Source: a virus
Lineage: Duplodnaviria > Caudoviricetes
Reading direction: 5' to 3' (one strand)
Virus record (IMG/VR): IMGVR_UViG_3300024283_000007
Location: 1 to 44,220 of that record
Length of the DNA stretch: 44,220 nucleotides
Below, one piece after another: positions 26,023 through 35,608 of the stretch. The notes under the pieces were generated by a model. The model did no database searches, was not told where the DNA came from, and saw nothing but the letters and a program-made list of their open reading frames with translations. The first letter of the stretch is position 1. Each line of letters starts with the position of its first letter. The translations under genes and the position numbers were made by a program.

Positions 26023-28625
26023 GCGATCCTCACAAGCCCGGTGAGTCGGATGTCGTTCCGATAACTGAGGCAAAAAAACGGCGCAGCGGTCATCGCTCCG
26101 CTACGCCGTTCACCGTCCCGCCACTGCCTGATGCTCGCACTCTCACAGAAGAGCATCGGCAACATCTTGCCAGCTCAGCGATTGATAGTGCAGAGCTAGC
26201 AGAGGCGCAAGTCTACTCCGAGACAGAGCGTGCGAACATCGTGCGACTTCTCGGACGCTCACAGCCGTTGCCTGGTGGCAGTGCCATCGTGTTTCCGTTC
26301 TATGAGCCTGATGCTGAGGCGCCCTACGGCTATCGCATCCGCCCAGACCACCCGCGCCGCGCGCCTGACAATCACGTCATCAAGTACGATCAAGCGTCCA
26401 AGGCACAAGGTGTCAGCAACCTGGTTTACTTCCCGCCGCGCGCTCGAGCTCGGCGTGCGTATCGGGAGCTTGTTGCGGACTTGTACGCAGTGGAAGGCGA
26501 GAAGAAGGCGCTCGTGCTCGATCAGCTCGGGTACGCATGCATCGGCCTGACAGGAGTATGGAACTGGCTCGACGGTGATCGCGAGCGCTCCAACGGTGAC
26601 GCACTGCATGCACTGATACTCAAGCACGTCACGCTGACTGGTCGGCGCTGCGTCATCGTGTTCGATCAAGACGCTCGGACCAACGGCCACGTGATGAAGG
26701 CCGCGCGCAGACTCGCCGGCGCCTACTACGCAGCAGGCGCAGCCGAAGTCCTGTTCGTGTGCCCGCCCGACCACCAGCCAGCCAAGGGCATCGATGACTA
26801 CTTCGCAGCGTTCGGCGCCGAAGCCACGCACGCACTGCTCGGGACGGCTGAGCCGCTGTCACCAGCAGACCCGACAGAGATACGCGACCGACTACTCACT
26901 GACTATCCGGCCTGTGAGGGCGCTCCAGTGCCTGACGGGTACGTCATCCCGCGCGGGTACATGATCGCGCCCGAGTCCGGGCTCGTGACGTCGGTTGCTG
27001 GTGAGCGCACTGTCGAAGTCTCCACCGCACCCATACTCATCATCCGCCGCTTCGTGGATCGCGACGTCAACGAAGAGTTCGTCGACATCACGTTCCGACG
27101 CTTCGGCCAGTGGTCGAGCGCCACTGTCACCCGGCGGGCCCTGACTGACCCGCGCGCGATGGTGACCGAGCTGGCGCCAGTCGGCGCGCCGATGCACTCA
27201 GGACACTCGAAGCATCTGCTGCAGTGGTTCGCGCGGCTTGAGCTCGTCAACGAACAACGGCTGGCGCCAGTGGTCGTCACGAACCGAACAGGCTGGCGCG
27301 GTCCGACTGCGTTCATGCTCGACACCATCATCGCGCCCACGCAGCCAGACGCTGGCTCTGTGGTGCCCGGCGTGCTGCTGCGGCGTGCTGTGGCACCCCT
27401 ACGCGCACGCGGGACGCTGGAAGCTCATCTAGCTGCGCTGCGTGGCTTCTGGGTGGCATCACCCAGCGCCCGCATGCTCATCTGCGCCGCACTGGCAGCG
27501 CCACTGCTGCGCCCGCTGGATGAGCCCGGCTTCGGCGTCCACTTGTTCGGAGACACGAACACCGGGAAGTCGAGCATGCTGCGCGCTGCAGCCAGCGTGT
27601 TCGGAGACCCGCAGACCGGCGCAGGCTGGTGCGGGACATGGAACATCTCTCCGAGCGCCGCTGAGGCGCGCGCAGCGATGTTCAACGACCTGCCACAGTG
27701 CTTCGATGAGGTCGGCGTCGCTGGCGCTGAGCACGTGCAGAAGCTCATCTACACTCTGATCGGTGGTGAGGGCCGCTCACGGGCAACACGTGAGGGCACG
27801 ATGCGAGGCTCGAACCAGTGGCGCACGATCGTGCTCTCAACCGGTGAGATAACACTCGCAGATGACGCCATGGCAGCTGGCGCGCAGGCGCGGGTGATCG
27901 ACATGCGGGTGCCAGACTTCGGCGCGCTCAAGGGCGAACACGCGGAGATCGCCAAGCTGCTGCGCGCATGCAGACAGAACGCCGGGTGTCTCGGGCGTGA
28001 CTGGCTGGAGTCTCTGTGCGCGGTCGCGCCTGACTATTGGGACTGGCTCACCAGTGAGCTGGTGCGACTGCGCACCCTGCACGCTGGTGCGAACAACGCG
28101 AACGCCAGGCAGCTCCACTACATGGCGCTGCTGCAAGTGGTCGAGCGGCTGATGCACCAGAACTACGACTTTCCGATGCAGGGGCTGCCCAGTGTCAGTG
28201 AGTCGTATGAGTCATCTGACACTCGCGAAGTGCTGCCAGCGCACGAACACATGGCCGACGTGCTCGAAGACTGGGTGTCGTCACGCCCCGATGCGTTCCC
28301 GTACGGGGAGCGCCATGCGCCATTCACTCCGATCGTCGTGAAGTCGAACCTGCCAGCTCGGGAGCGTTGGGGCATCCGACTGCACTCCACGAACGGTGAG
28401 CTGGTCGAAGTCCTCATCAACCGCACCGAGTTCGCCAGGCTCTGCAAACTGCACGGCCAGTCTGCTCAACACGTGCTCCGAACATGGGCCGATCTCACCT
28501 GGATCGGTGTCGACACTTGCAACGGCAAACGGCGCCTGCATGTCAGGCGTGGAGTGAGCGGCGGAGGCCAAGCAACCTGGATCGCTTGGCGCGGGCGCCC
28601 GAACACCGAATCGGAGGAAAAGTGA
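26019..28625 (+). CDS. Primase-helicase (DUF3854-like TOPRIM + DUF927-like P-loop)
   Basis: 'VEGEKKA', 'GLTGVWNW', 'IVFDQD', 'KGIDDY'; Walker A 'GDTNTGKS', Walker B 'FDE', 'LSTGE'. Confidence 0.85.
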   Translation: MSDPHKPGESDVVPITEAKKRRSGHRSATPFTVPPLPDARTLTEEHRQHLASSAIDSAELAEAQVYSETERANIVRLLGRSQPLPGGSAIVFPFYEPDAEAPYGYRIRPDHPRRAPDNHVIKYDQASKAQGVSNLVYFPPRARARRAYRELVADLYAVEGEKKALVLDQLGYACIGLTGVWNWLDGDRERSNGDALHALILKHVTLTGRRCVIVFDQDARTNGHVMKAARRLAGAYYAAGAAEVLFVCPPDHQPAKGIDDYFAAFGAEATHALLGTAEPLSPADPTEIRDRLLTDYPACEGAPVPDGYVIPRGYMIAPESGLVTSVAGERTVEVSTAPILIIRRFVDRDVNEEFVDITFRRFGQWSSATVTRRALTDPRAMVTELAPVGAPMHSGHSKHLLQWFARLELVNEQRLAPVVVTNRTGWRGPTAFMLDTIIAPTQPDAGSVVPGVLLRRAVAPLRARGTLEAHLAALRGFWVASPSARMLICAALAAPLLRPLDEPGFGVHLFGDTNTGKSSMLRAAASVFGDPQTGAGWCGTWNISPSAAEARAAMFNDLPQCFDEVGVAGAEHVQKLIYTLIGGEGRSRATREGTMRGSNQWRTIVLSTGEITLADDAMAAGAQARVIDMRVPDFGALKGEHAEIAKLLRACRQNAGCLGRDWLESLCAVAPDYWDWLTSELVRLRTLHAGANNANARQLHYMALLQVVERLMHQNYDFPMQGLPSVSESYESSDTREVLPAHEHMADVLEDWVSSRPDAFPYGERHAPFTPIVVKSNLPARERWGIRLHSTNGELVEVLINRTEFARLCKLHGQSAQHVLRTWADLTWIGVDTCNGKRRLHVRRGVSGGGQATWIAWRGRPNTESEEK

Positions 28626-28849
28626 TCGCACCAGCAGCCCGGCTCGTTCACCTAGCCAATGCAGGTAGGGAGCGAGCGAGACCGGACCTAACTATTCGTA
28701 ACTCCCCCGGTTCATGCCTTGCACCGCTTGCACACGATTTTCCACCGCACAGAGGTATAGAGACTCTTAGAAGTACATGTACGGGTCATCGAACCAGTCA
28801 TGTCCCAAGTCTGGGTGGAGGGTGCTGGCAGTCGCGTCTGACTCCTAGA

Positions 28850-28966
28850 CCTCTCTATATATATATGTATGTAGTTAGAACATACATATATATAAATAGG
28901 CGAGATCCTTCAGCTTTCCCCTGCACACTCGGCTGCCCACTGGCTTGCTCACAGCCTGCCCACTGG
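28850..28966. other. Putative replication origin
   Basis: 15-bp AT-rich inverted repeat (28858-28872 / 28880-28894) plus 11-12 bp repeats downstream of primase-helicase. Confidence 0.55.
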
Positions 28967-28974
28967 GTGACGCA

Positions 28975-29487
28975 GTGAGGGGGCTCAGCAGATACGTGAT
29001 CGAAGCGGGAGCGCCCTGCAGCCCCGCAGAGGCGCTCACCCCCGCCCCCACCAGGGGTGACAGCGCCCTAACGCCTAACTCGTCACCTGCGGTCGCTGAG
29101 GTGGCTTCGTTGCCAGCGTTCGCGCTGGGCGGGCTCCCGGTTCCGTTCGCGATCGAGACCTCACACCAGAGCGGCGCTGTGGTGTGGTTCGCGTTCTGTC
29201 AGCGTCGCTATGCCATGGCCCGCGCGCGCGGAGCGTACGTCTTCGCGCGCGCAGAGTGGGACGCCCTCATCGTGGGCACTGAAGCCGACCGAGCCACCGC
29301 TCAGCAGTTCGGCAAGTACCTGGCCACGAAGTCGAAGCAGCCCGGCAAGCTGCTCGAAGCGCACCACACGCTCGGCGGCGTTGCTCCAGAACGGCGACGC
29401 CCGAAGTGGAACGTGTGTCGAGTGCTAGCCAGCTGGGGCCTGGTGCTAGCTAGCGTTGACGTGGACGAACTATCAGGTGAGGACTAG
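28975..29487 (+). CDS. Hypothetical protein (start uncertain)
   Basis: ORF ends 6 bp before resolvase ATG. Confidence 0.5.
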   Translation: MRGLSRYVIEAGAPCSPAEALTPAPTRGDSALTPNSSPAVAEVASLPAFALGGLPVPFAIETSHQSGAVVWFAFCQRRYAMARARGAYVFARAEWDALIVGTEADRATAQQFGKYLATKSKQPGKLLEAHHTLGGVAPERRRPKWNVCRVLASWGLVLASVDVDELSGED

Positions 29488-29493
29488 CACGAC

Positions 29494-30072
29494 ATGTCAG
29501 GCATCACACGTGTTCAGAAGGGGAAACCCTTAGCGCGCCCTACTGGTGACACGATCAGTCCCCTACAGCCAGTCAATGCTGCCATTCTGGGAGTGGACAC
29601 TGCAGCTGTGAGCGGCGTGGCTGTCCGTGTACGGGGACGGCTCGTGATGAGCTGTGAGGTCCGAATAGACCGTCCCGAAGAGGTGACGGAAGTCGTCACC
29701 TACTTAGGACGCGTCGCAGAGCGTGCTGGGCTGCCGATCGGAGTGGTGCTCGAACGCCCGTGGGGCGGACCATCACGCACGGTGGAAGGGCTCGGCGTCG
29801 CGCGGGGATCGTGGCTGACTGCGCTCCAGCGCGCGGGCTACCCGAAGGGCAAAGTGGTCTCAGTGATGCCGAACACGTGGCGATCAGCGGTGTTCGGTGG
29901 GCACTGGGTGCGGGCGAAGCGGGATGACATCCGCGCGCATGAGCTGGGCACGGCGCGCGTCGAAGCAGGCAGACCTGACATCGGTTCAGATGAGGCTGCA
30001 GCCATCTGGATTAGCTATTGGGCCTGTTACTCCGACGAAGTGCGGGCGCGGCTTGGGAAACGTGGCCGGTGA
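29494..30072 (+). CDS. RuvC-like Holliday junction resolvase
   Basis: 'ILGVDTA..SGVA', 'VVLERP', 'P..WR', 'SDEAAA'. Confidence 0.7.
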   Translation: MSGITRVQKGKPLARPTGDTISPLQPVNAAILGVDTAAVSGVAVRVRGRLVMSCEVRIDRPEEVTEVVTYLGRVAERAGLPIGVVLERPWGGPSRTVEGLGVARGSWLTALQRAGYPKGKVVSVMPNTWRSAVFGGHWVRAKRDDIRAHELGTARVEAGRPDIGSDEAAAIWISYWACYSDEVRARLGKRGR

Positions 30073-30160
30073 AGCAACAACACACTGTTATAGGAGTATT
30101 TCCGGCCACACGGATCGTTGCTATTCAAAGTCACACAACACACTCAGGAGGCTTGAGACA

Positions 30161-30340
30161 GTGAAAGCATCACTCGCATCAGTGTCACTGCAGATCGGCG
30201 GACATCCATTCGATCCAGAGCAGAAACTCTTCCAGCATGACGGATGCGGGCCACAGCTGGAGCCGCGCAACCGAGCAGAACGCAGAGCTGCGCGCGCAGT
30301 GCGTCGGAAGAAGCAGCGCGCGCGCCGTCGAGCTGGCTGA
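30161..30340 (+). CDS. Small Arg-rich protein
   Basis: RBS CAGGAGG before GTG; 'NRAERRA' motif. Confidence 0.55.
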   Translation: MKASLASVSLQIGGHPFDPEQKLFQHDGCGPQLEPRNRAERRAARAVRRKKQRARRRAG

Positions 30341-30433
30341 CACGCTCCAGCGCTCGCGTGTCAACAACACGCTTGATCGCGTGCTGCGCTTGCTGGCGTT
30401 AGAGAGCTTGTACTATATCGCTCTCACACACCT

Positions 30434-30958
30434 ATGAGCATCAATACTCCCGACACGGCGGCCGAAACCAATGCCCAGCAGCACGCCAGAGTCACGTTTG
30501 AAGCGTGCCAGCTAGCGATGCAGCACATAGCAGCCAGCTTGCCGGTCGTCCTACCAACAGACGTCATTACCACGGCCTGTATGCTCATCTCCGCTGTGGC
30601 AGATGCATCTGGAGACCCGGCCGGCATGCTGCAGCTGGTGTCTGACGTGATTAGAACGTCACCGACCATGGACAGCTCAACACTGCACGCGGAATGCGTG
30701 CGCGCCTGGGTGCTGCGCGGTGGTGAAGACAGTGAGGACCAGCGGAAGGGCAAAGTGCTGGCGATCTACCGCAGCGTGAACGGGCTGTTAGAGCTGCTGG
30801 AGCTGCACACAGACGGGCTCGCCCGACTGCAGGTGGCAGCTCTGTTGATCGATGACGCCTGTCAAGCTGCTGGGCACGGGCACCCGCTCGGGCTGAAGTT
30901 CGTGACTGACACGCTGGCAGTCATCAAGAGCAAGCGCGCGAACGGCTGGAAGCCATGA
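30434..30958 (+). CDS. Helical hypothetical protein
   Basis: C-terminal domain paralogous to the next gene. Confidence 0.6.
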   Translation: MSINTPDTAAETNAQQHARVTFEACQLAMQHIAASLPVVLPTDVITTACMLISAVADASGDPAGMLQLVSDVIRTSPTMDSSTLHAECVRAWVLRGGEDSEDQRKGKVLAIYRSVNGLLELLELHTDGLARLQVAALLIDDACQAAGHGHPLGLKFVTDTLAVIKSKRANGWKP

Positions 30959-31257
30959 CCAAGTCGAGTGACGAGAAGCGCATGCGTGACATCAAGCATG
31001 TGTACGCTGGCATTGAGGCGCTGCTGCGCGCGCTGCGCCTGGACCATGACGGGCTCGCGAAGCTCCAGCTCGCGACCGTGCTGATCGTCCATGCGTGCCG
31101 GCACGCCCGGCAGAGCCACGCTGCTGCGCTGTGCGTGGTTCAAGAAGGCATCGACGCCATCACAGAGTCAGACACGCAGCAGAAGCAGCAGCGCAGCGCA
31201 GCCCAGTCAGAGCTGCTGGAAGAGCTGCTGCGCTGCTGCTCCAAGGAGACCAGATGA
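30955..31257 (+). CDS. Helical hypothetical protein
   Basis: ATGA coupling; paralog of upstream C-terminus. Confidence 0.6.
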   Translation: MTKSSDEKRMRDIKHVYAGIEALLRALRLDHDGLAKLQLATVLIVHACRHARQSHAAALCVVQEGIDAITESDTQQKQQRSAAQSELLEELLRCCSKETR

Positions 31258-31619
31258 CACCAGACGAGTGGGAGCTATGGGTCGCAGCGCGCCCGCCCAG
31301 CGTGCAGGCTGCAGCGCGCAACTATCCAGGCTGGCGCAATGGCGTGCAGTGTTGCTATCGCTCGCTGGAGAGCCCGCGCTACCACTACACGATCTTCTCG
31401 TACTCTGAAGACTACGACGGCCAGGTGACTGTCACGCTGACACATGGCTCTGATAGCTCACTGCCGGGGCTGGGAACGTTCGGACAACCGCTCGCGCTAC
31501 TAGTGCCATGCAACTGCGGGCACTGGCAGCCAGCCACTGCAGAGCAGCACGCAGCCACGTCTGAGCATGTGTCAGCTATCATCAGCGCGCGGCGGCGTGC
31601 GCGACGTACGCAGTCCTGA
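31254..31619 (+). CDS. Hypothetical protein
   Basis: RBS AAGGAG; ATGA coupling. Confidence 0.6.
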   Translation: MTPDEWELWVAARPPSVQAAARNYPGWRNGVQCCYRSLESPRYHYTIFSYSEDYDGQVTVTLTHGSDSSLPGLGTFGQPLALLVPCNCGHWQPATAEQHAATSEHVSAIISARRRARRTQS

Positions 31620-31765
31620 CTGTTAGGCGCACACGGCGCACACCTCACCGCCTCAGCGCCATGGGGGGCGTCACAGTGCCAGCTTCTGGAGGTAACTGCT
31701 TACCTCACAGTGTGAATGGGCCGAAAATCACGTTTTCAGAAAACAGTAGACAGGTGGAAACCACT

Positions 31766-32140
31766 ATGACCGCGGAAGAGATGCAGCAGTCGTCCATGGA
31801 GTTCGCAGAGCTGACTGTTAGGCTCTTCATGCATGAGCAAGCAGCGCTCGAGCTGCTTCCAACACCAGCGCGCCGCGCAGAGCTGTCGAACATGGTCGAC
31901 GGCACGTTAGTCGCCACGCTGCGCTACCATCTAGTGCCCAGCGCAGAAGCTGCCCAGATGTTGCGGACTTTGTTCCTAGCAGTGCTGACGTTCTGCCATT
32001 GCGTCCTAGACCACCAGCCGATCGACACGCCGGCCGGCGTCGGACTGCAGCATGCACTGGCGCTGCTGATGTCCACAGTCAATGACGAAGAGCGCGCATC
32101 AGTGGCCGGCATGCGTGAGTCATTCAAGGAGACACTATGA
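31766..32140 (+). CDS. Hypothetical protein
   Basis: RBS-like AGGTGGA before ATG 31766. Confidence 0.55.
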   Translation: MTAEEMQQSSMEFAELTVRLFMHEQAALELLPTPARRAELSNMVDGTLVATLRYHLVPSAEAAQMLRTLFLAVLTFCHCVLDHQPIDTPAGVGLQHALALLMSTVNDEERASVAGMRESFKETL

Positions 32141-32865
32141 GGAACCGATCACCAGATAGCATCATGCACACCCTGAGCATGCTGGGCACGACCGTAGCTC
32201 AGGGCTCGCGCTTCGTGTCATGGAGCGCCGAAGAAGGCCTCAAGATGCGCATGCGCACTGGCCTGAAAGAAGACACGTCAGACACGCCTGGGCTCGACGT
32301 GATGCTGGCGCTGTCCGGCCAGTGGGTGGATAGCGGGCTGCCAGTTGTGAGCCTGTCACCGAAGCGCATGCAGAACATGCTGGAGCACACCCCGCATGAG
32401 CGGCCGCGCTCCCCGTGGCCCGCATGGGCGCTGCGCTTGCCACGCAGCCAAGCAGTCAGCCTGATCGACTCCGAGAACGAAGTCGATTGCGTCGAGCTGG
32501 TGTTCGCCGTCTGCGTCAGCGAGCGCTGGAGCTACATGGTGTTCGGTCAGCACGTCGAATACATCGAACTGTCGGTGTCGCCCGAAGACATGCGTGACGG
32601 CGTGATCGCGCCGAGCATGAAGAGCGCCCCCGATGCTGGGATGGAAGTCATCCCGCTCACCCCGCACGACATCACGTCTTGCAAGCGTATCCAGCACCTC
32701 ATCCTGATGGCATCACTGGGTGTGCTCGGCATCAGCGGCATCACCCGACTTGGCACCGAGCGCGCAGCCGAGCTCAAGGGCCTAATCCCCGCTGGTGACT
32801 ATCTCCTCACGCATGCCGGGTACGACCGCATCGAGTGGGAGGACCATGGCGTTCGCAATGTATGA
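32137..32865 (+). CDS. Hypothetical protein
   Basis: RBS AAGGAG; ATGA coupling; 242 aa. Confidence 0.6.
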   Translation: MRNRSPDSIMHTLSMLGTTVAQGSRFVSWSAEEGLKMRMRTGLKEDTSDTPGLDVMLALSGQWVDSGLPVVSLSPKRMQNMLEHTPHERPRSPWPAWALRLPRSQAVSLIDSENEVDCVELVFAVCVSERWSYMVFGQHVEYIELSVSPEDMRDGVIAPSMKSAPDAGMEVIPLTPHDITSCKRIQHLILMASLGVLGISGITRLGTERAAELKGLIPAGDYLLTHAGYDRIEWEDHGVRNV

Positions 32866-32992
32866 CCCCGAAGAATGGGAGCGCCTGCTCAAGGAGCAGG
32901 ACGACAAGCATGTGCTCCGCATCGTGTTAGCAACATTCCTCATCGTGGCAGGTACAGCAGCAATCGTTCTAGTGATCGCGATATTCCTATGA
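32846..32992 (+). CDS. Small single-pass membrane protein
   Basis: RBS GGAGG; C-terminal hydrophobic stretch 'IVLATFLIVAGTAAIVLVIAIFL'. Confidence 0.55.
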   Translation: MAFAMYDPEEWERLLKEQDDKHVLRIVLATFLIVAGTAAIVLVIAIFL

Positions 32993-33282
32993 CCGAACAA
33001 GAGCAAGAATCCAAAGCAGCCTACGCCAGCGAGCTCGTCGAAGAGTTCGTCGCACTCCTCGACATCTCACACGCGACGATCGCCAAGCTCGGCGCGCGCC
33101 ATGGCAACATGGTGTCGAATACCGAAGTGTTGACAGTGGTGAGCCTGCTGCTCATTCAAGCGTCGATCGCCAGTCAGACACCCATGGACATGATGCTGGT
33201 GCTCCTCGGCGCCCGCATCCCAGGCGTCGAAAAAGTGGTCAAGCTGGCGCGCCTGCAGTCGGCAACTGGAGTCACACCATGA
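32989..33282 (+). CDS. Hypothetical protein
   Basis: ATGA coupling. Confidence 0.55.
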   Translation: MTEQEQESKAAYASELVEEFVALLDISHATIAKLGARHGNMVSNTEVLTVVSLLLIQASIASQTPMDMMLVLLGARIPGVEKVVKLARLQSATGVTP

Positions 33283-33473
33283 CCCGCCGCAAACAGGCGC
33301 GGCTGCAGCGCTGGAGCAATCGCTGCCGCCGCGCAGTGAAGCGCAGCACGTGGCAAGTCGTGCAGCTCTACGGGCTCGAACACGAGGTCTGCGACACCGC
33401 GCGGAAGTTCCACCGCCACAACAGGAGCATCACACAGTCAGTGTGCGATGCCTTGTGGGACTGGGACCTGTGA
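33279..33473 (+). CDS. Small basic hypothetical protein
   Basis: RBS TGGAG; ATGA coupling. Confidence 0.5.
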   Translation: MTRRKQARLQRWSNRCRRAVKRSTWQVVQLYGLEHEVCDTARKFHRHNRSITQSVCDALWDWDL

Positions 33474-33649
33474 CACGTGGATTCAAGCGCCCGCCGAGCG
33501 CGCTCATGAACCATCCAACAGTGGACGAAGCCATCGAAGCAGCAGCCCGGTGTGAGGGCACGCCGATGCGGTGGGCTCGATGCATGGTGGTGCTCGCGCG
33601 AGAGATCATCCGACTGCGCGGGCAACTGAACCGAAGTGTCAGCGTGTGA
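33470..33649 (+). CDS. Small hypothetical protein
   Basis: GTGA coupling. Confidence 0.45.
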   Translation: MTRGFKRPPSALMNHPTVDEAIEAAARCEGTPMRWARCMVVLAREIIRLRGQLNRSVSV

Positions 33650-33655
33650 GGACAT

Positions 33656-33982
33656 ATGAGGCAACCGAAAGTGCAGATTCACTTCACTCACCAGTCGCGG
33701 CGCGTGCATCCGTGCCCGACGTGCAAGGCCCCGCTCGACATGGCGACGAACGCGGACCCTAACGACATGACCGGACCCGTGCCGGGCTCAGGAGTGCTGT
33801 GCATGCGGTGCGGCCACGCGGCTGTCTTTACGCCTGACATGATGCTGCGTCTCATGCGGCTCGAAGAGCTGCGCACTGCATGTGATGAGGCGACATTCAG
33901 GCAAGCGTATCTCATCATGCTGCGGAAGCGCCGGGCATGGCGCAGCACGCACGGCGGCCCGTCCGACGGGGGCGAAGCATGA
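33656..33982 (+). CDS. Zinc-ribbon hypothetical protein
   Basis: CPTC...CMRC; RBS GAGGA. Confidence 0.6.
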   Translation: MRQPKVQIHFTHQSRRVHPCPTCKAPLDMATNADPNDMTGPVPGSGVLCMRCGHAAVFTPDMMLRLMRLEELRTACDEATFRQAYLIMLRKRRAWRSTHGGPSDGGEA

Positions 33983-34236
33983 CTGCGCCACGCTGGAAGC
34001 ATGACTGCACTGACTGCACGTATCTCGGCGCCTACGAGAACGCTGACTTGTACCGCTGCATGGAGTGCTCCCTGGCAGCGCTGATACCCGTACTGATCGC
34101 ACGCATCGGAGACGCATGCCTCGACTACATGACGATCAGTGCGATCGTGTTCCCAGCGCATGCAGAGCTGGTGCGCGCCAGCTCCCCGGCGCTCTTCAAG
34201 GCGTACGAACTGGCGCAAGCACGGAGGCTCATATGA
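33979..34236 (+). CDS. HDCxxC-motif small protein, paralog 1
   Basis: 'TAPRWKHDCTDCTYLG....DLYRC'. Confidence 0.65.
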   Translation: MTAPRWKHDCTDCTYLGAYENADLYRCMECSLAALIPVLIARIGDACLDYMTISAIVFPAHAELVRASSPALFKAYELAQARRLI

Positions 34237-34484
34237 CAACTGACAGTGATGACGAAACGCCCGCAGAGCTGCAGCATGTGCTCGACATGGTGCGACGACT
34301 CTTCCGCACACGACCGAATGAAGGCCTCACCGGCGCAGCAGTCATCGAAGCGTTGCCGCTGCTGAGTGAGACATGGGTCTGGGTCGCGCTCGGCTGGCTG
34401 ACTGCAGAGCAGTGCCTCAGCATCGAAGGCGGCTACCGCGCAGACGTGCTGGCGCGCAAGCAGGTGTGGAGGTTGGTCAAGTGA
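34233..34484 (+). CDS. Small winged-helix-like hypothetical protein
   Basis: RBS GGAGG; ATGA coupling; three helices then beta hairpin pattern. Confidence 0.5.
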   Translation: MTTDSDDETPAELQHVLDMVRRLFRTRPNEGLTGAAVIEALPLLSETWVWVALGWLTAEQCLSIEGGYRADVLARKQVWRLVK

Positions 34485-34741
34485 CTGCGCCGCGCTACGT
34501 GCACGACTGCACCGATTGCGTGTATCTCGGCGAGCACGAACACTATGACCTGTACGTCTGTAAGGTCCGCACGCTGATGGCGCCGATCCCGACGCTGATC
34601 ACCCGCTTCGGCAGTGACGGGCCTGACTACACAAGCATGAGCATGATCGTGTTTCCCGAACACGCTGAGCTGGTGGCGATTAGCATGCCGCACATGTCGG
34701 AAGCGTATCGGCGGGCGCTGGTCGCACTGGCGAAGCGGTGA
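34481..34741 (+). CDS. HDCxxC-motif small protein, paralog 2
   Basis: 'TAPRYVHDCTDCVYLG....DLYVC'; RBS GGAGG. Confidence 0.65.
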   Translation: MTAPRYVHDCTDCVYLGEHEHYDLYVCKVRTLMAPIPTLITRFGSDGPDYTSMSMIVFPEHAELVAISMPHMSEAYRRALVALAKR

Positions 34742-34938
34742 TGCTCCGTAAGCCGCCGCTCGGCAGGCCGCCGATATGCTTCGAGTGCGGGCTCGTGCTT
34801 GGCTTGACGCCTGGTCACTGCAGGAGTGAGGGCGCTTGCGCTAACGCGCCGCTTCGCAGCTGGTGCGCTGGCCTCAACCGCTGGGAAACTAAGCAGGAGG
34901 CGCAGCGTCGTCGAAGTGTGGAGCGCCGGGGTCAGTAG
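34738..34938 (+). CDS. Small Cys-rich hypothetical protein
   Basis: Coupled to upstream stop; CFEC motif. Confidence 0.4.
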   Translation: MMLRKPPLGRPPICFECGLVLGLTPGHCRSEGACANAPLRSWCAGLNRWETKQEAQRRRSVERRGQ

Positions 34939-34978
34939 CGAACTGCCGTCTCAGAGCTGGAAGGCTCTGCGCACTGCT

Positions 34979-35608
34979 CTATGCTACCGGCGCATCGGGC
35001 GGTGTAGCACGTTTCGGATAAGGGCGGCTCGGCAGTGATGCCCGGAGCTCTGGCGCGAGCGGATACAGGTACCGGTGCTTCTGCGCTGCGGGGCGCTTCG
35101 GCAAGTTCGAGTAGTCACGGATCGCGCCGCCCTTGCCGAACGCCCCCGAAGTAATCTCTCGCTGATGACACCAGCGCCCGCGAAAGTAGTATTCGTTCGC
35201 CGCAGCAGTGGTGCCCGAATACACCCAGTTCGTGGCCTGGTAGAGCGTCCCGACGTGGCCCTGGGAGATGTCTGCGAACGAGACCACCAGCCGCAGCCCA
35301 GGGTTCGTGCGCGCGAGCAGCCTCAGTGACACGCTGAGGGCTCGGCTGGTCGGGTGCACCCGTCCCGGCGCCAGCGCCACGCGAACCAGCTCACAGACCT
35401 GCAGGGAGCTGCAGCCGTACGGCGCGCCGAGGTGTGGAGTGGCGCCGCGCCCGTAGATGATCGCACCTACGAACCGGGGGGCTTCCCAGACGCCGTGACA
35501 TATGAGGCGGCCGACTGGCATGCGCGGCGCGTAGTGCCAGCGCTCTGCAGCTCCACGGGCGTCTGCAACCGTGCAGGGCGTCACTTCAAGGTGTGAGGTG
35601 TGGCGCAT
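34979..35608 (-). CDS. Mom-family (GNAT-fold) DNA adenine modification protein, copy 2
   Basis: 'WHY', 'G.IIYG', 'ELVRVAL', 'SRA', 'VVSFAD..QGHVGTLYQATNW.YSG', 'KHRYLYPL', 'PYPK'. Confidence 0.8.
   Translation of the reverse strand: MRHTSHLEVTPCTVADARGAAERWHYAPRMPVGRLICHGVWEAPRFVGAIIYGRGATPHLGAPYGCSSLQVCELVRVALAPGRVHPTSRALSVSLRLLARTNPGLRLVVSFADISQGHVGTLYQATNWVYSGTTAAANEYYFRGRWCHQREITSGAFGKGGAIRDYSNLPKRPAAQKHRYLYPLAPELRASLPSRPYPKRATPPDAPVA

Noticed and set aside
31620-31765. c-di-GMP riboswitch
   Set aside because: Only superficial resemblance; conserved GGCAAA / GAAA tetraloop / CGCAAAG elements absent
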